56,461 bases of DNA, filler included, from Sphacelaria rigidula (GCA_964200075.2; 7 parts of 7 records of this genome joined end to end with filler, not necessarily neighbours in it); one strand, 5' to 3'; counted from the first letter of the whole stretch, positions 35,901 through 50,227 are shown. Notes: generated by a model not told the origin, from the sequence alone. Translations and numbers: made by a program.

Positions 35901-37599
35901 CCCATTTCAGTCAGCGAGACGGAACAGTGGAATGCATCCGTGCTGCTGAAATTTGAATCGAGGTCAAGAAAGTAAGAAAACGGCACGAGAGACTACGTCG
36001 TGCTCGTAGAAGTTTGAATGTCAGAGGTTGGCTGCAGTCGACGGTTTTTTATTCACCATGCAGCTTAGTGCACACCGCACATTCACCCGGCTTGTCACCT
36101 AATTAATGGGGTGTTGGGGCGAGGTGAATGCGAAAAATTAATAGAAGATCGCAGCAACGTCAGAAAAAAGACAGTTTGAGCTGCACGACACAATCGGAAG
36201 AGTGCCCGTCATTAAGTGACTGTTTTCGTGCAGTATTGTACAGAGATATCGGGGATTCAATCATGCCGCCATGGAAAACAAATATGTACTCACGAGGTAA
36301 AGCAAACATCGACGTCAACCTACCAAGTAAGTCCTGTTTTGAGCACTTGGGAAGGTTTGGCAACTTGCAAAACAGTAACTAGCGCGATGAGCAGCTGCAC
36401 GTTGGCAAACTCCCGAAACTCTGGTGTACAGTTCAACTGACGGCATCCGCCGGTAGGATCGTGAGGTCTGCTGCGATAGCCGCGGCGGTTCAATATGCCG
36501 AGATTTGTGACATTTATGTACCAGACCCCGCCCCCTCTTTTTCTCCTTCGACGCTGCACAGCGACACAACCATAATCTATAGTACATACTATATCTTTGA
36601 GCACACAGCTTACACTACTGTACAGTGTTGGGAAACTGTGCGTTTGAACTGTAACCAACACTGCCCGACTACAACAATCGTCATGCGGTGTATATTTTTC
36701 GGTTGTAAATGCTGTACAAACCCTCTTTTTCGCCTGTGGGTACTGTTCAAACCCTTTTCACTTGGACTGCACCCTGCAGATGACCTTGCATTGTCCGGTA
36801 CTGTATCGTTTGTCGATACGATTTCGCACTGTACTGGGCCAGCTGTGTAGTCAGACAACCACAACAACAAATAATGGGCCGCAAGGAAATGCGAAGCACC
36901 AACAAAGCACCTACAAAGCGAAAGCGCCAGCGACACACCCTTGCTTATCGTGGAAGCTGTGTACAAGCCAACATGGGAGCCGAGTCGAGAATCCCGGCAA
37001 AGACACAACAGGTATTGTACCTCAACTGTATGGGGTGTTGACCACGTACAACAACTGGAGATCGTGCAGTCAATCGGGGCACAATGACCCGAGAAGAAAC
37101 GAAAAGCTGGATAGCCAGTTGACCGGCAAAATATGTACATGTACCGAGGAAAACAAGGAAAAACAAATGAGACTACAGACAACAGTAGTCCACCCTACCA
37201 GCAGTACAGCAGCTGGAACAAAGGCCCCGATTGTCAAGTGATTCTGACTGTCGCCCCAGCTGCTTAGTGCAGGGAGGAAGACACCAACCTAGGATCGTTA
37301 GATTTCTCTTCTTGTAATTCATTGCTTGCTACAGATGATATATTTTCAAACCAGGTGGGCGATATTTACCAAACGTGCACGAGTGAGAAACGACTAAGAT
37401 GGGAAACTATGGTACACTCAGGTAGGGGACTCACTTATAGTCTCCTTCTTCCTGACGCTCAATCATCGCAGAAGAGTACAGCTGAAGTATATCAGACGCT
37501 GGACACGTGTTGATTAATCCTCTTACTGCACTGTCGAGTCCCTGGGGCGATGATCAAGTGGCCGAAAAGGCGGCCTACATGGACCTGCCGACCGGCCCC

Positions 37600-39500
37600 G
37601 GACATGTCTTCACTCAAAGTCATAACTCAACTCAAATCCACTGACTCAACTTCAACTCTGAAATACGTATACATTTTATCGTTCCACGCTTACATAATCC
37701 CACGTCACAAACTAGATAGCGACCATCACGCACTGGTGCGTCCGAAACGACACAGCTCAATGAGGTGTGGGCGCTCGTTTTTTAGCCCAAGATATACACT
37801 GCTCGTGCCCGTTGGTCATACCAGAAACAACCCAGCAACTGCAATATCTTTATCACCGAACATGTGCTTCTCATGGTAGAAGCACTCAAACGTACTCAAA
37901 CATTCGCCCAAGGTTGTGAATCCTTACCACATGACAAAAGCTGTTAATTTATCTATTTTGACAAGCTGTTCGAAATGAGTCCTCTATTCGCCCAATGAAA
38001 TCGGGCAAAAAGAAGATTTATTTCAAACAGCTTCTTCTGCTATACAAATCCCATACAAACTGGCAGATCTGGAATTTGAACAGGAGAAAAAGCTTGCAAT
38101 AAATCTTCACTTTGCCCGCCAATTCATCCGGGAATTGGGCAAAAAGTCAACTTATTGGGAACAGCCTCAGCTGTGCAAGTATCGCATACTGTGGCGGTAT
38201 AGGCAATACCGCAAGCAGATAACCGTATACGCCGAACGCAAGCAAGCCACACCCTTGTGAGGTGTCAGCAAGCGATCCTGGTTCGACTTGCTAGACTCAA
38301 ACTGTTTTTTAATCTCTCAATACATTAGCTCAGCTGTCAAAGGGAAAAACCACACAGCCCCGACGCCAGAATACAATATCCATCTTTGGATGAGGGTGAT
38401 CGTACAGCACAGATAGGACTCACGTCAAGGCTGTGGACTCGCGACACTGAAGCCAGGAGATCGATGGGTAGATGATGAGTAAAAGATCTTCTTTATATCC
38501 AACGAGGCCTGAAGACTGGTCAATGGTTCGAGTGAGACAGGTGGGTAGAACAGCTGGGGGCAGCTGTTCTATCGGTACGTCCGTCTACCCCGCTTACAAC
38601 CTCGTCATAATACAAAATCACCGTGACGTGCTGTGCCTTTAGCCAATCAACGCTGTAGTAGCAGCAGGTACACGCAGCTAATCGGGTACAAACTTGTATC
38701 TACCTTCAAGCAGCTGCGTCAAAGAACAAAAGGATCCCAATCCTGCCTTATACAAACACACATTCGACTAGAATCTTTCCATACCCACCGGTCGTTTCTG
38801 GGGACCATCTACATATCCCGAAGAACTAGTTTAATTCATGCACTCAGCCATTTACCATCACAATACTGCACCGTAAGCAGCGGATGGGATCCGAGATGCA
38901 GCAAACATTGTTGAAAATAGTTCATCCTCTTGCCCCCCAATTCATATATCAATTGGGCTAAAGGATAGAGTTCGCAACACCTTTCGCTAAATACAAATCC
39001 CACACACTGCTTACGAGTGTATGTCCACACATCTGTGCTTCGAAGCGAGGCTTCAGCTGCAGCCGTGCTCAAGATGCTGGATTGCAGGTGTATACCTCGC
39101 ATATGTATGCACATAGCTCATGAAAACGCAGTCATCTGATGTGCACTAAAACAAACGAAATGGTTTTTGGGATCAAAAACGCGAAAAAATCACTCAATCA
39201 ATCATCCGTTCATGAAGGCTTTTGCTTGATATCCAAAGAGGCATTAAAATATGTCATGTCAAAAACGGATCATAGGTGGTTCAATGTACAGTTCGTTATA
39301 ACCCCGGCCACAAAAGCGCGAGTTCAAGATCCACCACCGTCATATTTCGACCGCTTGTTCTGCCAGTACTGTGCCCGCGCTGTGAGGTGGAGCATTTTGT
39401 ATGTTGCCGTTGTTGTCGTCTTCACATCACAAACTGTTCCGATATCTGCGCGGTACATTCGTACTGGGCATCTGATGCGGACACCTTCCGTGGTCACAGG
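37600..39500 (-). pseudogene. Probable decayed hAT transposase
   Basis: Motif echoes in the correct order: STDVWT (first catalytic Asp region, ~39030), QYCDGKWLS (RW.S-like, ~38855), ARAVYILG..SA..IE (dimerization region, ~37780). Confidence 0.4.
37964..38166. mobile_element. MITE with (A/G)GCTGTT termini (PIF/Harbinger-like)
   Basis: agctgttcgaaatgagtc...cgcccaat / attgggc...ttattgggaacagcc imperfect inverted ends. Confidence 0.55.
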
Positions 39501-39879
39501 CTAGCTACCTATAATAAGGTATGAGTAAATCAAGCAAAAACAAAAAAGCAAAGTAGACCTAGATTAAAACTCACAAAGCGCGATACAAGTAAAGCAAGAT
39601 AAAATAATGAAGAAGGAAGAGAACACATGGCTGACGTCAGAAAATCCAGTGCCGCAGGTGGCCATTCGGACTTCAGGGGGTGGCACCCGGCTTTCCAACT
39701 CGACGCGCGAGTCCAAGTAGAGATGTTCACAGGGTCCGACTACGGGCGAGACTCAAGGTCCCAAATGCCACCAACCGAAGAACTAAGATTCACAAGGTTC
39801 CATCTTTCGACCTCTCGGGGGACAGCCATACGTACAAGCATACCAGGTGTATGAAGACAAGCACTGCATGATATACCGA

Positions 39880-40215
39880 CACCCCTCATCGGGGGGGTTC
39901 ACCCTCCCCCCTCCCTTCTCTGGACCGTCGTCATTGCTGTGTTATGTGGGCTTCGTTGGTCTCCCGTCTAATCTTACGTAGTCGACGGGCCTCCTCTTTC
40001 TTTCTGTGCCATGAGGCCATGAACCTCTCCGACCCCTGCAGCACTCCCGCGTGCCACGGCAACCCCCCCTCCTTATTCGCTGCTGAGGGCGATAGGACGC
40101 GGTCAATTCCGAATGTCTGGCGGCTGTCGTCCGTAGCGTCGTCTGTGGCTCCAAAAGCGTGGAGATCGTCCCTCAGGCACTTCAGCCAGTTTTGTTCCGG
40201 GAACCCTGGTCCTGG
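39880..40215 (-). mobile_element. RTE-like LINE 3' end
   Basis: GFPEQNWLKCLRDDLHAFG...AANKEGGLPWHAGV resembles the RTE ORF C-terminal GRP..W...L..DL...W..AA...W pattern. Confidence 0.6.
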
Positions 40216-40303
40216 ATCCCCCCCCCCCCCCCCCCCCCCCCCCACCCCCCCCCCCCCCCTCACCCACCCCCCCCCCCTCCCCCCTGTCCGGCTCGCACGC
40301 GCC

Positions 40304-40403
40304 NNNNNNNNNNNNNNNNNNNNNNNNNNNNNNNNNNNNNNNNNNNNTTAATTAATTAANNNNNNNNNNNNNNNNNNNNNNNNNNNNNNNNNNNNNNNNN
40401 NNN
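40304..40403. other. Artificial contig-joining spacer
   Basis: N44-TTAATTAATTAA-N44. Confidence 0.97.
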
Positions 40404-41949
40404 ACTGTTTTAGGCGTGAGCCTCATCTCGAAGTTAAACCTCAATTCGCACAATTTGTTGTTCCACGATCTTTATTGTACCATGCGCCTGAGCGAAGCGC
40501 ACGATGTAGCAAAAAAAGAAGCGTGGTTGTATTTCTCGGTGGCATTTTCCATCAAGTCTGGTGTGTAGATCACCGCACAAGGCGACGCCGCTTGTTGTCC
40601 ACAGGTTCCAGAAGACGAATGAGACGGCACCACAAACGAAGGATTGGCGATGGATCTTCGCGATTCGAGAGTACACTTGCGACTGCAGCATTGGAGAGTA
40701 CTGACGAGGGAAAATCACGGGAGAGTACAAGACCGGGAGAGACAGTGAAGAGGGCCCTATGAGCGGTAAAGGCAAGAGGCGCAGCTTGGTGCCGGATGTG
40801 AAGTGGATGCAGGCAGAGTTGGCTGTCGCCTCGTGCGGGCTCAACTCTTGTGACAAGATTCCCGAGGGGGTATCGGATGCCATAGAAGGGCTAAGCGTTG
40901 ATGGTTAGTGTTCCCAACTTTCCGCAGCAAAGACAGGGACGCCGGCGGCTTCGACAACGCTTGTCATGCGGGAGTGTGAGGGTAACAGTATACTTGTTGC
41001 TTTGTAGTTAAATGCGTGAGGTGTTGTCTTTGAGAAACCAGGATGTGACATGTTTGATCACTGCTGGGTCCCGGAGGGATCGCTTCAAACGCGAAAATCG
41101 ACAACTAAGAAAGTGTGCCCTTACGGGAGAGGAGAGTATGAAAATGTTGTGCGCACGATGCGTCTCTTTGTGCGAAGAGGACTGACCATGAGTTGGATCA
41201 CGAGATGACACGATTGTGAAATTGGAGTGGGCAATGCCGGTTTGCGGCGAAGAATGACGAGCGTGCTGGTGCCAGCGGTATGGTCTCTGCCATCGATGCC
41301 GAGTGTTCACCAACGGTACACATACATGCTTGAACCGGGTTGAGGGGCTCGACGGATACTCGCGGTACTTTCTGTGTCTGTGTAATATATTTTGTCTCCC
41401 TTGTGCAAACACGCCCGAAAAGAAGAAAATCCATCCCATCCCATGTATGTGTTCTTGGGGGTAGTGAACAACAGATGATCGTCCCCTCAACACGTCACTG
41501 CGGTAACAGTTCCTCCTACCTCCAGCACGTCACTGGTGAGCAAACCAGCGCCGGAGAATGTCGTTTTGGCAGCGGCCTCGAGGCACACGACAGCGAGAAG
41601 ACCATCACCCGGATCCACAGTGGACAAACTAATGTTGGATCTCGCGTTTGTTTTTTCCAGACCATGATGGATTTCCACGCCGCCGCTCGCCGCAGACAAA
41701 CAGAAACAGTCGGAAGACGGTGAATACAGCCACTGACACTTGTTTCCCCTCCCCGAAAATGATCGAGGGCACTCGCGGACGGTACTTCCCCCGGTTTTTC
41801 GTCGCATACCGGCGGGCCTCCTCAAACCTCATTTCAGTGATCAACCTCATTCGATAGAGTTGTCTGTTATTTTTTCGAATTGTCTGTTTATGCTCCAGAA
41901 ACTTCAAAGTATTAAAATCCCATTAGGTAGACCACATTATCCCGGCCAG

Positions 41950-43250
41950 TTCCGTCCTTCCTAGCATCATCGGCACGAGATGGATGTTGAAAGTCAAAGC
42001 CGGTCTTCAATTTAAAGCTCGGCTGATAGTTCAGAGATGGGCTCAGAGACACGGGCTCGACTGGGAATGTACACTCGGTCCCGTTTGCCGGCTAGAAAGT
42101 CAGCGATTGCTACTGGCAATTGCCACTGCCATCACATCGGCCCATGCTAGCCCGCGACGTCCGAACAGCGCTCTTAAACGGGAAACTAATAAAGACGGTG
42201 TTTTGCAGAAGACCGCCTCTCTTAGTCATCGTCATCATTATCATCAGCAGCACCAGCAGCAGCCACACCAGCAGCACCAGCAGCCCAAGTCATCACAAGA
42301 AGCCAGTTCCAGCATCAAACTTACCACTTCATGACAGAAGTAAGGGTACATCAGAGCAGTGTTTGTCATCAAGAAAACAAGTCCATCACTGCTCCAGCAG
42401 GGGCTAGCTACGTCACCTGCGCACCCGAAAAGTGGAGCGATTCAAAGTCAGGAAAATCGGACGCGTGAGGCGCGGTACAGAAAATTCGAGTCAGCCAGCA
42501 CAGTCAGCACGAACGAAAATCACCTGATTTTTCAAGAAGATACCCTCCCACGAGACTCCACCAGCAAGCCCAAGAACATCCACGATCAAGAAATCAGGAT
42601 CCAGAGGCACATTTTACGCGCACTTGAGCATCACCGGAAACATCGTTTCTCTCGGCGCGCAGGATGTGCCACAGCATCTCGTCACTTGAAGTTCCCGTGT
42701 GTCGTGCTTGAAACGGAACACTTCACGCGATCGGGTCGCAGTACTTCACTGGTAAGCGTTTTCACACGGCCACTACAAACTACAGCAACTACGATCGAGT
42801 GAGAGCACGGACTGAGGCGAGCAGCTACAACATTGTCATCGAGGACGCGGACACAGCGAGCTCAATGAACGCCACTTCTCAATGTTTGCTAAATGAACGC
42901 TTGACTGATAGCGCAGTAAACCATGGTATGCACGTATATAATATTTGATTGTTTGACTGTACGCAAGCATCAGGAATTTTCTCGTAGAATATTCGAGGAG
43001 AGACTGTCTGCACACCATAGCGCATGGTTGGCAGGCACGTCAAATTTGCTGATTTTACTGCATGGGTCTGTATACAGGCCCTTGCGTTTATTTCAAAATT
43101 GTGTAGTGTGAGTAATGTACGGCACATGGGTGGATTCGTTCATCGACCTGTGTACATAATATTTTATTATTGTACACTAAGGTCATGTTCTTGGAGTCGA
43201 GTGCCAACTAGCTATCACGGTCGCACACATTTACGTTGGGGGAGAGGAAA
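41950..43250 (+). mobile_element. Decayed Ty1/Copia RT-RNase H remnant
   Basis: FKARLIVQRWAQRHGLD...PVCRLESQRLLLAIA, then DVRTALLNGKL; an ADxxT-like echo near 43050 and a purine tract gggggagagg near 43240. Confidence 0.7.
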
Positions 43251-44552
43251 TAACACAGCAACGACACATTAGAAAAGAACAGCCGATAATACATTTTGGG
43301 GTTGATTACTTAAATGGGGTTCAAACGGAGTACCATTTTTGCAGGAATGACGCGAAACAGTTACACCAAGGGGAACCCTCTTCCCCCCTGATACTCTGCA
43401 GTATTAGTTAAGCAGTTGTGGCTAGGTGTACCGAGCGAATGCGGTGTACATGGGTGTCGATGACGATACCATCGGAGGAGCAACGACAGAACGGAAGCTC
43501 CGCGCCTGTGTCCTTTGTTTGTCCTCGCTCGGTGATTCCTAAATCTCTCGAGAGACTGGTATCATGCATGTTTTCAGCATGTGTCCAATTTCCCATGTGT
43601 CGGTAGGCGGGTTATTGCTGCACAGCCCCCCAATTAACGTCGAGGTACCGAGGGGTGTCGTCTCTTCTTGTCTGTGGAGCTTGCCGATGCGAAGATCGAT
43701 TTCTCTCTGCCTCTCTTTTGGGACAGGACGCACCTCTGTGTGCCACAGAAGATGTCATTGAAAGACAGCGCGGTGTTCCCGTCACCGTTACTGTTATCTG
43801 TCACACACACGGCATCGTGCAGAACAGACGGTGCTGCGGCAATAACGGATCCACCCGCACTTTGGGGGGCGTCATTCATCGTTGAATTTACCCGACATGT
43901 GTACCTGTGCGTGCGCGACGACAAGAGCGTGCCACACGCTAGTTGGGGGGATATATGAGAGATCAAACACTTGTGGAGACTCTTTTGTCGTGCGGAGCGA
44001 AAAAATCACCTATGATGGTGACCTAAGTGTTGCTGGCGTGGCGTAGGGGTGCCTCCATGTTGCAATGTGGAGCACCCACCCACCCGCTGCGTGTGTCACG
44101 GTAGCGTTGGAGAACTCTCATATGAGGAGGCCAGTCATTACAAGCTGGGGTGATATATATAATTCACGAAGAACAAAAGTGCTCTATGATCAACCACTTA
44201 TCGTTGCATCTTAAACCCACGCCATAAACCGCCTCCCACAAAGGTCTTGTGGCTTTCAAGCAACGCTGGCGGCAGTACACCAGACAAATCCCGTCACAGC
44301 TAGCTTTCGTTGCTCTACTGTACTAACTATCGCCTGTACAATCAAGGTAACGACACCAAAGTTGACAAGGGGTGTGAAATTAAACAGTTCATTTTTTGCA
44401 ACTCATTGCACACAACGTAAAGGACTCTCACGAGTGTTTAGGTCATACGCAGCAATGAGGTACTCAGCCAATTCACGGCCTGCAAGAATTGCATGGGTTC
44501 TGCGGCCGTCTCCAGGCGCCGCATGTCACATAAGCCTTGCAATCTGACAGGG

Positions 44553-46247
44553 TCATGAGATACGTCCGTGTGAGTACACGTTCCCACACCATACGAGTTC
44601 ACTAGCAAAGAGTGTACACTCGTGCGCAGCCGTAAACACACCAACACTCTCTAAACGAGCCAAGATAGCATCAAGCGTGTCTAAACGTTTGTCTTCCGTG
44701 TCCGCGACAAAAACCACATCATCCACCCATATCTTGCATTTTGTGCCGACAAGACGTTCTGTCATGATGCCTTGAAAATATGCCGTGGCATTCAACACGC
44801 CTTGCGGCGCTCGCTTCGGGTTAAACAAGCTAAGCGGAGTCGTGATCGTGAGAATATCCTGCGCCTCCTCCACCAAGGGCATCTGTCAGTAACCTTTGAG
44901 GAGGTCCAAATTGCCAAAACAACGAGCACTCAACAGGTTACGCACGTCCGACTCTTGGTTGGACATCACACCCCGCGGCTTCTCAACCTGCTCATTCATC
45001 GCCTTGTTGTCGTTTAACAGGCGAAACGAGTCTTTCTTCGGAACCGCCATAGCCGGACTGGACCACACCGCCTACAAATTCCTAAACACCAACCCGAGCA
45101 GCAAAAGAGCCGTCATGCACGATGCCAACCAACTCGACTTCATCGGATCGTACAGCCGCAGATTCGTCTTCACCGCGAACGCTCCAGGTTTTAGCTGAAC
45201 ACGCATGGGCTCCACGCAAGCAGGAGGATCACCCCGCAGCGCACGACAAAACGCGTTGACGCGGCGATGCAAGATGCCGCGCAGGCGCTCCGCTTTTGAG
45301 ACACTGAGGCCTTTCGCCGCAGCATCCGTCACGCTCTCTTCCAGCGCGACCCTCCGAGTGGACTCCTCTTCCGCCGGATCCATGAACATCTCCGGGTCTT
45401 GCTCCACCAAGCGTTCCACCACTTCGTCCCGCTCGTCGGTCACCTGCCCCCCAGCCTCCTGAAAAGCATCCATCGACACGCTCAAACGATGACTGCCCAA
45501 AAAGGCGGGCGTCTCCACGCGCGGACCAGGCGGAGACATCCGCGTCTTCATGGAGTCCCACAACCACTCGTACAGGTCGAGTCCAAGATTCTGAAGCGTC
45601 CGCAACCTCGGAAAAATAACGCCATCCGACCCCGGCATGATCGCAAACGAGATCGGAGGCAACGGCGCCGACCCCCAGGGAGTCGTGAAAGTCAACTACA
45701 ACCAAATAGTACGCTCCGTGACGGAAGCATGCCGACCCGATGCGGTGACAGCCTGCCGTGCCCCAAGCGAAAACGGAATGCGCAGCGGCACACCCCAGAA
45801 AAGACTCTCCAACACCTCTACAATCTGCACCGACAGACTTATATGACTCGTGAAGCGGGCGCCAGAATCCGACACAGCCCAAACCGCAATGGCTCCACGC
45901 TCCCGTTGATTTGGAAGACACAGCTCCGCAGGAACGTACTGGTCGGCAAACTTCACTGGCACTTCATCCGCCGACCGATGCGCCGCTGATCCCGCTTGAT
46001 GCCACGGCTGCGCAAGCTGCGCAGGCGAAGACGTCCTGGCAGGCTCAAACGGTACCGCCAGAGGGTACGACCACCAGTCAGCAGACCAAGAATTTGGCAA
46101 AAATCCGACCAGCGCTGCTGCCGGCGTTGCCACCGGCGCCGCCAACGGCGCGGGCGCAGCGTCCGACACGGTAGAAGTCGTTCCCACCTGCACCGCCCGT
46201 TGCGGAGCAGCAGCACCTACGGCGGCGCCGGATCCAGAACCAGACCC

Positions 46248-46292
<45 letters not shown>

Positions 46293-47370
46293 AGAACTCG
46301 ACAGCGACCTTCCACCGCCGGAGGATCCGACGCCGCCACCACACCGATCACCTCGTCCTCCATCCTTGTGCTATCGATGCTGATGTCGCGCGGCATGAGA
46401 CTGCGCACACTCTCCACCGGAAGACGTTGGGCGATCGCGCGGGCAATGGCCGACCTGGCCATTGCGGTGGCAGGTGATGGTCGCGGCGCGGCCGGCCGAT
46501 TTTGAGCCGTGGTGGCGCAAAGGCGTCGGCGTGGAGATTGACGACTGGCCGAAACGCCTCTATCTTCCGCCACCCCTTGGCCTCGGCCACGACGGTGTCC
46601 ATCACCAGGCGAGGGTCGGCTTTCCAGTCTGTTTCGTGCTGCAACTTAACAAGCTCGGCTTGCTTAAATTCTTCCGGCGTCAACCCCTCCACCAAAGCCT
46701 TGGTGATTACGGCAGCCGGGCTGGGAATAAATTCACCATCGGGGGAACGATGTACTAATTTCACGTTCGGATTTTCTGATAATCATTTTTCCAGATCGTA
46801 CAGATTGGCTCCACCTGCTCCAACATCGTCTTTTCTCGAGACTCCATGGCGACAGCTTTCGCCACGGCCGCGGACGCTTGGGTCAACTCCAACTCGGCGC
46901 CCGCCGTATGCCCAGCATGCTTTTTTATCGCCGCAACCAATCGCGGCGGGGTCATTGTGCTCTCATGATGTTCCACACGTGCGAACACTCTTTGCACACG
47001 CGTCGGCACTTGTTGAGCCATCGACACTATCTGATGTCGCACTGCACCCCCTGCGTTAGCGTGCTCCACACGTTTACCGTACTCCACGTAGTACTTGATA
47101 TAGACAGTGTGAGGATGTACTTTCGGAGTACCTGTCCCCGTGTTGGGGAGGTCGCAACTCTTGCCGCGTATTCACGGGCGTCACGTTGGACGCCGCACGC
47201 GAGCCGGTCGGCATGGTAGCAGCCGGCTACCTGCGAACCTTTCGCAGGCCAATGGACCGTCGCGAATTGCACATTTTAACGTTGCTTCATCGCCGCACCA
47301 CACAGCCGTAGGAGCCTCGACACTCCTGCTGCACGCAGCTTCAGCAAGTCTCCACTCTGGATCAATCACA
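44553..47370 (-). mobile_element. Ty3/Gypsy-like retrotransposon, gag-protease-RT, 3'-truncated
   Basis: One reading frame 46193-44553 with three internal stops: protease AVSDSGA; RT WSSPAMAVPKK..FRL, LDLLKGY*QMPL, PQGVLNA..YFQ, IWVDD; gag-like pieces at 46348-47370. Confidence 0.9.
46249..46292. repeat. (CTG)n microsatellite inside the Gypsy gag-pol region
   Basis: Direct reading, about 14 units. Confidence 0.9.
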
Positions 47371-48382
47371 GACCAACCGTCTTTCTGCCGATCACCTCAG
47401 CTCGAACCCCTTCCACCCGTGCGTGGTTTATCAGGTTGTCCACAGCCACCAGACTCTTTCGCCGAAATTATTTCAGCAGATTCCGCTAGGTATTAGCTCT
47501 GGCAATCACACAAATATCGGTATTTTTATACCAGCAAGAAGAACTGAACAGAGGGTTCCATAAAATAACGTTGATCAATGAAATGAGGTTTGAAGACCCT
47601 AGTCGTTGGATGACAAGAAGCCCTCAGGAGTACCGCAAAACATTGCTGGGACCGTACGAAGCGATCTTGGGGTTGATGCTAACGGTTTCTCTTTCGGCTG
47701 AGACATTGCCGCATCATATATGCTCGAACCTGGTTAGAAAGCTCGACGGGTATTTGCAGTATGGTTGAGTCGTGCAAAAAATCATTCACGTTGTGCATCG
47801 GCCGTCAATTCTTCAGGACATTGGACGCCCAATCATGCGCTCGGCACATCACTGCGTTGGCAGTGATATCCTCCCACCACGTCACTGACGAGCAACTTGA
47901 CGCCCGAGATTGTTGTCTGCACACGAGCCTCGAGACAAACAACAGTGAAAACATCGTCGACAATCAAACACACGTTGTTATGCTCCATCGCCAGCAGCTA
48001 ACTAGGGATGGACGGCACGTGAAACAACGGACGCACTTCCTACTCCTCCCAAAAAATGCACATCGCCATACACACCATCACAACATCCCATCATGCTACA
48101 TGACAGCATCTCGACCCCGCCCTAAACTGTACGTTCGCGCCCGCCTCCCGACCTGTATGTGAACCTATTGCTTTCACTGTCCAACTGCGCCACTGCAACT
48201 CGAGACCCCAGCGTCATCATCAGTAGCTACTGCAATCACCACCATCATCACCATCGCCATCACTTCCACTATCACAATCGTCATGGTCATCATCGGGGGC
48301 TACCTCATCCTCCAACCCCTCTTGACCCGTGTCGCGTCTGGCCCTCAGCCACCTTTGCTCGAATCCCGGCCCACCTACGACC

Positions 48383-48482
48383 NNNNNNNNNNNNNNNNNN
48401 NNNNNNNNNNNNNNNNNNNNNNNNNNTTAATTAATTAANNNNNNNNNNNNNNNNNNNNNNNNNNNNNNNNNNNNNNNNNNNN
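48383..48482. other. Artificial contig-joining spacer
   Basis: N44-TTAATTAATTAA-N44. Confidence 0.97.
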
Positions 48483-48496
48483 GGGGGGGCGGGGGG

Positions 48497-48538
<42 letters not shown>

Positions 48539-49340
48539 TTCGGGGCTCGATGCGCTCTCCCGCTCGATGCGCTCGCCGAGGGTAGGCTTTACCGGAATTT
48601 GTTTTCGTTACCGGACGCTGAGAAATCGATATCGTATCGAAGTGCCAAATGATTCTATACCCAACACTAAACCCCAAGCCGGGTTTACGAAATATTTGGT
48701 GAACCGTCCGTCCTGGTTCTTCTACCGCACCAATTTATTTTTGTCATGGTTTCTGTTTATTTTCGAGGAGCACAGAGCACGGCGAGAACTTCGCGCCGGG
48801 TGCCTGAGAATCACTAGCAACTCGGTAATGACGTGACTCATGGTTGTCCCCGTCTAGCTTGGTCGGGCGGTAAGTAACTTGTGTGCTACGTTCGGCACGA
48901 CGTTCCTCGCAGGTTGCCGCACTGAGCCCTGGAAGAATGTAGCTTAAGGAGTGGCTTGTTGTACAAAGTATGCGTTGTGGCGAAGTTTTGCAGGGTGCCT
49001 GCAATGTATTACCCACATAATTAGCTGGCATGATCACGGCGTCCAAACAATTCATCATGTATGTGTACCGTACACCAGCAAGCTTCCATGATGACGTGAA
49101 GATTTGATATGTGCGCCTCAAGGTGCCCCTCTGGCCGCGTGTACTCTTGTAGGGCGCAACACGTCGGTGAAAAAGTTGCGCTTGCTCTCCTCGTCATGAC
49201 GTATACAAGTAACACCGAGGGCAGGGCTCCAACCGCTCTAAACAAGCGCGTTGAAAAAAAAAAAGCAAAGTAAACATACGTTCATCCTGGAAATCCCAGC
49301 TACATTTTCGTCAACAAAATTCACACGTAGGAGAACTCAT

Positions 49341-50227
49341 GAGTTAGCGCGGATGTGTTGTATACATCACCAGGCCAAAAAAAAAGAAGTGCACCGATGA
49401 GTCATGTTGTACAACTTAATCGACCAGAATACTCGCCGCTGAATTGCGTTGTGCAACTCACCCTGCCAGAATATGTACCTCTGAGCTATGTTGTAAAATT
49501 CACTAGGTCAGAGAATGCACAATTAAGTTATTATGTTGTATAACTGACTCGACCAGAATGTGCACCGATGAGTTATGTTGTACAGTATAACTTACTTGGT
49601 CGGAATATGCACCACTGAGTTGTGTTGCAAATAACTCACAGCTGAGTTATTGGAAATTGAGTTATGACGTACGACTCACCCGACCGGGAACACGCTCAAC
49701 ACAGCGGTCACACCAGTCACTATTGTAGCGAAGGTAGAAACACGTGATCACGTGACACGTCTGCCGGTACACGTACAGTCAGTAACGCGACAAACCTCGG
49801 CGGAGTAGAAAGGCTTCAATAAGTCTGTGGCGGACGCCATAGTAGACGATCCTGAGTGTGTGCCGTGTGTTGTACGCCATGCAACTCTCCGCAAGCCTAT
49901 TTCACCTTCGTGCACGCACCAAGCGTATATGTGCCTGTGTGTGATCGACGGTCAACATGTACTGTATATATGGGTCTCAGAACGCAAAGCAAGCGGTACA
50001 CGTCCCCCGCTCTTTTCAAACGCCGAGCTATGTTGTATAGCTCGCCAGCCGAAAGCAGATACCACTGAGGTATTCTGTATAACTCACCGGACCAGAACCC
50101 AATAGTTTGTCGTAAAGCTTACCTGGCCAGAACATTTTCACCGATCAGTTAGTTATGATGCTGTATGTATTTGTTGCTAGTTCACCCAACCAGGATATGC
50201 ACTACTGAGTCATGTCACTATAACTCA
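49341..50227. repeat. Degenerate 42-bp tandem array in two blocks (49341-49690 and 50025-50227)
   Basis: Consensus approximately gagttatgttgtataactcacccgaccagaatatgcaccgct; roughly a dozen units; interrupted by ~330 bp of unrelated DNA. Confidence 0.85.

Noticed and set aside
45229..46505. Long alternative-frame and antisense ORFs over the Gypsy element
   Set aside because: They are shadows of a GC-rich retroelement coding region and a CTG microsatellite.
49341..50227. CRISPR array
   Set aside because: The sequence between the palindromic cores is homologous from unit to unit rather than unique, the repeats are degenerate, and there are no cas genes.
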